A stretch of 32,000 nt of DNA, taken from the NCBI GenBank assembly GCA_050950825.1, contig JBMNIH010000003.1, forward strand, positions 298,376-330,375, written 5' to 3'. This stretch comes from Clostridia bacterium. Lineage in GTDB: Bacteria > Bacillota > Clostridia > JAAYHZ01. Shown piece after piece: positions 28,140 to 32,000 of this stretch (position 1 is its first letter; every line of letters begins with the position of its first letter). A program made the translations under genes and the position numbers. Under the pieces are notes generated by a model. It made no database searches and was not told the DNA's origin. It saw only the letters and a list, made by a program, of their open reading frames with translations.

Positions 28140-29945
28140 TTATCGAAGCGTGAATTTTTCACCGGGATCGTAATCCTTAAAGTCCGGATTGTTGTAAATT
28201 TCGTCGACCAATGTCTTTAATCCGGCGTCATAGAGCCTGTCAATATATTCGCTCCATTCCGTGTTAAAGTCCGCTATTTGCCCGTTTAAAGCCCGATTTT
28301 TAAAGTCGTTGACTACGGTATTGATTTCACTGTTCAATTCGTTGTTCAGCTCGTTAAATTGCTTCCAAAGGTCGGTTCCCATGTAAACTTCGGAGCGATA
28401 CTTTTTCGGATTCAAGGCATACTTTTCGAACAGGTCGTTTGCATGCATATATGCCATGTAGGACCAGTAGCCGTGCTCCGTTGCGTTTCGGATTTGGCCT
28501 TCGATGGCGGAAGGATAAACGAATAGTGAATATACGTTGGTTTGACCTCGATATTCCTCGGGCAGCTCTGCCGTCGGTGTGGCAATCATGTTGCTGATAT
28601 ACGGTTCTCCCGCCCATTTCCAGTGTATTCCTTCGATACCGTATTTGTATCTGTTATAATTATCTTGGCTGCTGAAGACTGTATACTGCATCATTTGAAG
28701 AATTCTCTTCAGTTTTCCGTCATCCACCTGTTGTCCTACCATATTCACTCTCCATTTGCCTTCGCCGAAGGGGTCGATGTTGTAAGTCATATCCACCAAT
28801 TTGCCGTCCGGTCCTCTAAACATGGGACCTATCACGAAACGCGCATCCTCGTCGGTGGTAAGCAGGATGTTTTGCGGAGGATAAACGCGGTAGGTATCGC
28901 TGTTCAAAGAAAGATAGCCGCCTCCGTTTACTTGTATGATGCCTACCTTGTTGGTAGCGGATATGGCTTGGTATTCCGCCGTCCACGTTTCTTGGCCGGG
29001 AAGTCTTCTCATGTATCCTTTGTTCAGCATTTCCGATACCCAAGCCAAATAATCGCGGTAAGGCGTGTACGCATATTTCGGCACCACATCTTTTGTCGTG
29101 GGATCCAAGTACAAATAGTTAAGGTCATGGACAAATCCGAAAAGACCTTCTTGGGTCATGTTGGTCCATGCCGATTCGGGAAGATACATCATGCCGTAGG
29201 TATCGTCCTCCCCGTTTCCGTCCGGATCGTCTTCGGTAAATGCTCTCATTATCTCTTTCATATCATCGAAAGAAAAGTTGCCTTCGGTAAAATAGATGTT
29301 GTCGTTATATTTTTCATAGCCTTCCACGGTCATTTTAACCGGTACCATTTTATCTTCGTCAAGTTCAAATCCCACCGCCTGTAGCCAATCCAAATTGATG
29401 CAGGTAGCGTCATAAAAATATTGGCATCCTGAGATATTGACCGTCGTAATGCCCAAGTATTCGTCCGTTGTATTCGGAACCAGATTGTAGCTTAATCCGA
29501 TGGGAATGCTGCTGATCAGTTCATAATAGCCGGGCAAATAATCTTGAAACATCTTGACGTTAATGGACCGTATGAGATTTTCTTTGTACATGTCCACAGG
29601 CTCTCGGGGAGCTCCCGGCATGTAAAAGAAGTCCGGAATGTCGCCGGCTGCAACCAACGCCGCCATGCCTTCCGTATCTCTTGAATCCATAGCCCAGCAC
29701 TGCAAATCCACATTAAACTTTTCTTCCAGCTCCACTTCATCCCAGCGTCCGTCACGGTAATCCGCATTTAATTGGGTTAACCATGTGATTTCGTAGAATT
29801 GTTCAAAGGGATTTGCTTCGGTCGTTGTTCCGGTTCCTGTACCCGTGGTACCGGTCGTCGTTTTCGGGTCTTCCTCTCCCCTTCTGCAAGCACCGAAAGC
29901 CAAAACAACCGCAACCGCCAAAAAAATACATATGAGTTTCTTCAT
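28140..29945 (-). CDS. SBP-like lipoprotein, paralogue D (lipobox FGAC, short Thr/Gly linker)
   Basis: The start is taken at ATG 29945 (GGAGAGGA upstream), giving MKKLICIFLAVAVVLAFGAC. It carries AAGDIPD, FTEDDPDGNGEDDTY, GIEGIHWKW and NTEWSEYIDRLYDAGL. Confidence 0.85.
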   Translation of the reverse strand: MKKLICIFLAVAVVLAFGACRRGEEDPKTTTGTTGTGTGTTTEANPFEQFYEITWLTQLNADYRDGRWDEVELEEKFNVDLQCWAMDSRDTEGMAALVAAGDIPDFFYMPGAPREPVDMYKENLIRSINVKMFQDYLPGYYELISSIPIGLSYNLVPNTTDEYLGITTVNISGCQYFYDATCINLDWLQAVGFELDEDKMVPVKMTVEGYEKYNDNIYFTEGNFSFDDMKEIMRAFTEDDPDGNGEDDTYGMMYLPESAWTNMTQEGLFGFVHDLNYLYLDPTTKDVVPKYAYTPYRDYLAWVSEMLNKGYMRRLPGQETWTAEYQAISATNKVGIIQVNGGGYLSLNSDTYRVYPPQNILLTTDEDARFVIGPMFRGPDGKLVDMTYNIDPFGEGKWRVNMVGQQVDDGKLKRILQMMQYTVFSSQDNYNRYKYGIEGIHWKWAGEPYISNMIATPTAELPEEYRGQTNVYSLFVYPSAIEGQIRNATEHGYWSYMAYMHANDLFEKYALNPKKYRSEVYMGTDLWKQFNELNNELNSEINTVVNDFKNRALNGQIADFNTEWSEYIDRLYDAGLKTLVDEIYNNPDFKDYDPGEKFTLR

Positions 29946-30130
29946 ATCCTCTCCACTCCTTGATTTTTTCGTTCCATCGGTTATGCAAAGACATAAGCCG
30001 GAGGAATGACATAATGAATATACACTTTGTCCATTTATATTCCGGGACAACTTGTTTTAGAACAAGGAGGAAAGGTAAATATGTAGAGAAAGACCGCCTG
30101 TACGGCGGCGATACCGGCGGTTTTTAGGCA

Positions 30131-30160
30131 CAAAAAAGGGCTGTCCTTTTACGGACAGCC
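30131..30160 (-). terminator. Terminator after lipoprotein paralogue E
   Basis: Minus strand reads GGCTGTCC-gtaaaa-GGACAGCC followed by CTTTTTTG. Confidence 0.7.
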
Positions 30161-30177
30161 TCGGTATATAACCATCA

Positions 30178-31974
30178 TTATCTGAGTGTAAACTTTTCAC
30201 CCGGATCGTAGAATTCGAATTCGGGATTGTTGTAGTACTTGTCGATCATGGTCTGCAATCCGTTAGCATACAATTGATCGATGTACTGTTGCCATTCTTG
30301 GTTGAAGTTGGAGATCTGGCCGTTCAATGCACGGTTCTTGAAGTCGTTGATGATAGGATTCAATTGCGTATTGGTTTCAGCTCTATCTTCAGAGAATTGT
30401 CTCCACAGCTCTGTTCCCATATACGTTTCGGATGTGTACTTCACAGGATTCAAAGCATACTTTTCAAACAATCCGTTTGCATGCATGTAAGCCATGTAAG
30501 ACCAGTATCCGTACTTCGTTGCGTTTTCGATTTGCTGCTTAATGGTAGGAGGATAATACCACAAATCGAATACGTTTTTGGTTTGTTGTCTGTATTCTTC
30601 GGGAAGGTCATTCAAAGAAGTTGCCAATCTTGCACTGACATAAGGCTCTCCTGCCCATTTCCAGTGAATTCCTTCAATACCATATTTGAATTTGATCCAG
30701 TTGTCTTCGTTGCTGAATGTGGTGTACTGCAGGATTCTGCAGATTCTTTCCATCTTCGCATCGTCGACCTGAGCACCGAACATTTGCACTCTGTAGGTTC
30801 CTACGCCGTAGGGGTCGATATTGTAGGTCATATCAACCAAAATGCCTTCAGGACCTCTGAACATCGGACCAATGACAAAGCGTGCATCTTCATCGGTGGC
30901 AAGCAAGATGTTTTGAGGAGGATATACTCTGTAGGTATCGCTGTTCAAAGACAAGTATCCGCCTCCGTTAACACCGTAAATACCGTATTTATTGGTAGAG
31001 GACAGAGCTTGGTATTCGGCAGTCCATGCTTCTTTACCGGGAAGCTTTTGCATGTAACCTTTGGTCAGCATTTCCGATACCCATGCTAAGTAGTCTCTGT
31101 ACGGTGTATAAGCGTACTTCGGAACGATATTGCCGGTAACGGGGTCTTTGTACAGGTAGTTCAGGTCATGAACAAATCCGAACAAACCTTCTTGGGTCAT
31201 ATTTGTCCATGCCGTTTCAATTAAGTATAAGAATCCGTAAGTGTCGTCAACGCCGTTTCCGTCCGGATCGTCTTCGGTGAACTTCCTCATGATGTCGTTC
31301 AGTTCTTCGAATGTGAAGTTACCTTCCGTGAAGAAGATGTTGTCGTTGTACTTTTCATAACCTTCGACGGTCATCTTAACCGGTACTAAAGACCCTTCGG
31401 GGAAGCTGTATCCGACGGCTTCCAACCAATCCAAATTGATGCAGGTTGCATCATAGAAGTATTGGCATCCGGATATGTTGATGTGGGTAAATCCGAGATA
31501 TTCGTCGGTTTTTCCCGGTACAAGGTTATACTTGAAGCCTACAGGAATCTTTTCCATGGCTTCTACAAAGCCCGGTACCCAATCTTTCATTTGTTGAAGA
31601 GTAATGGAGCGGATGACTCCTTCTTCGTATAAGCCTAACGGATCTCTAGGAGCTCCGGGCATAAAGAAGAAATCGGGAATGTCGCCTGCTGCTACCAATG
31701 CGGCCATTCTTTCGGTATTTCTACCGTCTTCAGGCCATACAACAAGGTCAACATTGAACAATTCTTCCAGTTCCTTCTCATCCCATCTGCCTTCCCTGTA
31801 GTCGGCATTGAGCTGAGTTAACCAGGTAATTTCGAAAAACTCTTCAAACGGATTTTCTTCTACCGTTGTAGTTCCCGTAGTACCGTCACCCTTTGGCTCT
31901 TTCTCGCCTTTTGTGCATGCTGCAAACGACAGCAAGATAGCCAAAACCAATAAAAGACTTAAATACTTTTTCAT
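30178..31974 (-). CDS. SBP-like lipoprotein, paralogue E (lipobox FAAC)
   Basis: AGGAGG lies 6 nt before the ATG. The N-terminus is MKKYLSLLLVLAILLSFAAC. It is collinear with paralogue D along its whole length. Confidence 0.85.
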   Translation of the reverse strand: MKKYLSLLLVLAILLSFAACTKGEKEPKGDGTTGTTTVEENPFEEFFEITWLTQLNADYREGRWDEKELEELFNVDLVVWPEDGRNTERMAALVAAGDIPDFFFMPGAPRDPLGLYEEGVIRSITLQQMKDWVPGFVEAMEKIPVGFKYNLVPGKTDEYLGFTHINISGCQYFYDATCINLDWLEAVGYSFPEGSLVPVKMTVEGYEKYNDNIFFTEGNFTFEELNDIMRKFTEDDPDGNGVDDTYGFLYLIETAWTNMTQEGLFGFVHDLNYLYKDPVTGNIVPKYAYTPYRDYLAWVSEMLTKGYMQKLPGKEAWTAEYQALSSTNKYGIYGVNGGGYLSLNSDTYRVYPPQNILLATDEDARFVIGPMFRGPEGILVDMTYNIDPYGVGTYRVQMFGAQVDDAKMERICRILQYTTFSNEDNWIKFKYGIEGIHWKWAGEPYVSARLATSLNDLPEEYRQQTKNVFDLWYYPPTIKQQIENATKYGYWSYMAYMHANGLFEKYALNPVKYTSETYMGTELWRQFSEDRAETNTQLNPIINDFKNRALNGQISNFNQEWQQYIDQLYANGLQTMIDKYYNNPEFEFYDPGEKFTLR

Positions 31975-32000
31975 GTCACGCCTCCTTCATATATATTACT

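Noticed and set aside
28542-29384. Long antisense ORFs inside real genes: 28542..29384, 30274..31089, 23390..24079, 21601..22203, 12329..12916, 3999..4556 and 10306..10731.
   Set aside because: Each lies wholly opposite a gene with clear family motifs. They have no SD and give low-complexity or Arg/Ser/Phe-rich translations typical of the antisense frame of coding DNA.

Overview
The window looks like a low-GC Gram-positive chromosome, probably Firmicutes or Clostridia-like. Evidence is AGGAGG-type Shine-Dalgarno sites, TGn-extended -10 promoters and lipobox lipoproteins. All product calls come from motif recognition by eye; no searches were run.

Layout from left to right:
1. A same-strand array of four paralogous ~620-aa lipoprotein genes (1..9656; the first is cut by the window edge). 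They resemble large family-1 (LplA/YtcQ-type) sugar ABC substrate-binding proteins. Each has its own sigma-A-type promoter, a ~110-130 nt leader and a terminator.
2. A 1,995-bp ISLre2/UPF0236-family insertion sequence (3519..5513) interrupts the array. It has 22-bp imperfect terminal inverted repeats and a 9-bp target duplication.
3. A minus-strand cluster of 2-hydroxyacid dehydrogenase, Gfo/Idh/MocA oxidoreductase and a divergent isochorismatase-like protein (9711..12817).
4. An XRE-cupin regulator plus potABCD (13089..17355).
5. A GH109-like Gfo/Idh/MocA protein (17464..18711).
6. ECF sigma, membrane anti-sigma and nitroreductase (18783..21311, minus strand).
7. A glycolytic operon: gap, a fused pgk-tpi gene and eno (21469..25920, minus strand).
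8. A GH36-like glycosidase (26086..28047, minus strand).
9. Two more, diverged members of the lipoprotein family (28140..31974, minus strand).

No rRNA, tRNA or CRISPR array was seen.

Most notable observations:
- The six-copy, permease-less SBP-like lipoprotein family, which includes a 1,297-bp exact direct repeat whose identity stops 10 nt before the stop codon.
- A GC-rich, deeply nested inverted-repeat element (candidate structured RNA) carried inside the IS, 3' of the transposase.
- An A9 slippery tract exactly at the PGK/TIM fusion junction.
- An apparently leaderless GH36-like gene.

I see no recognisable defence, toxin or secretion system. The candidate novel biology here is the lipoprotein family and the IS-borne structured element.
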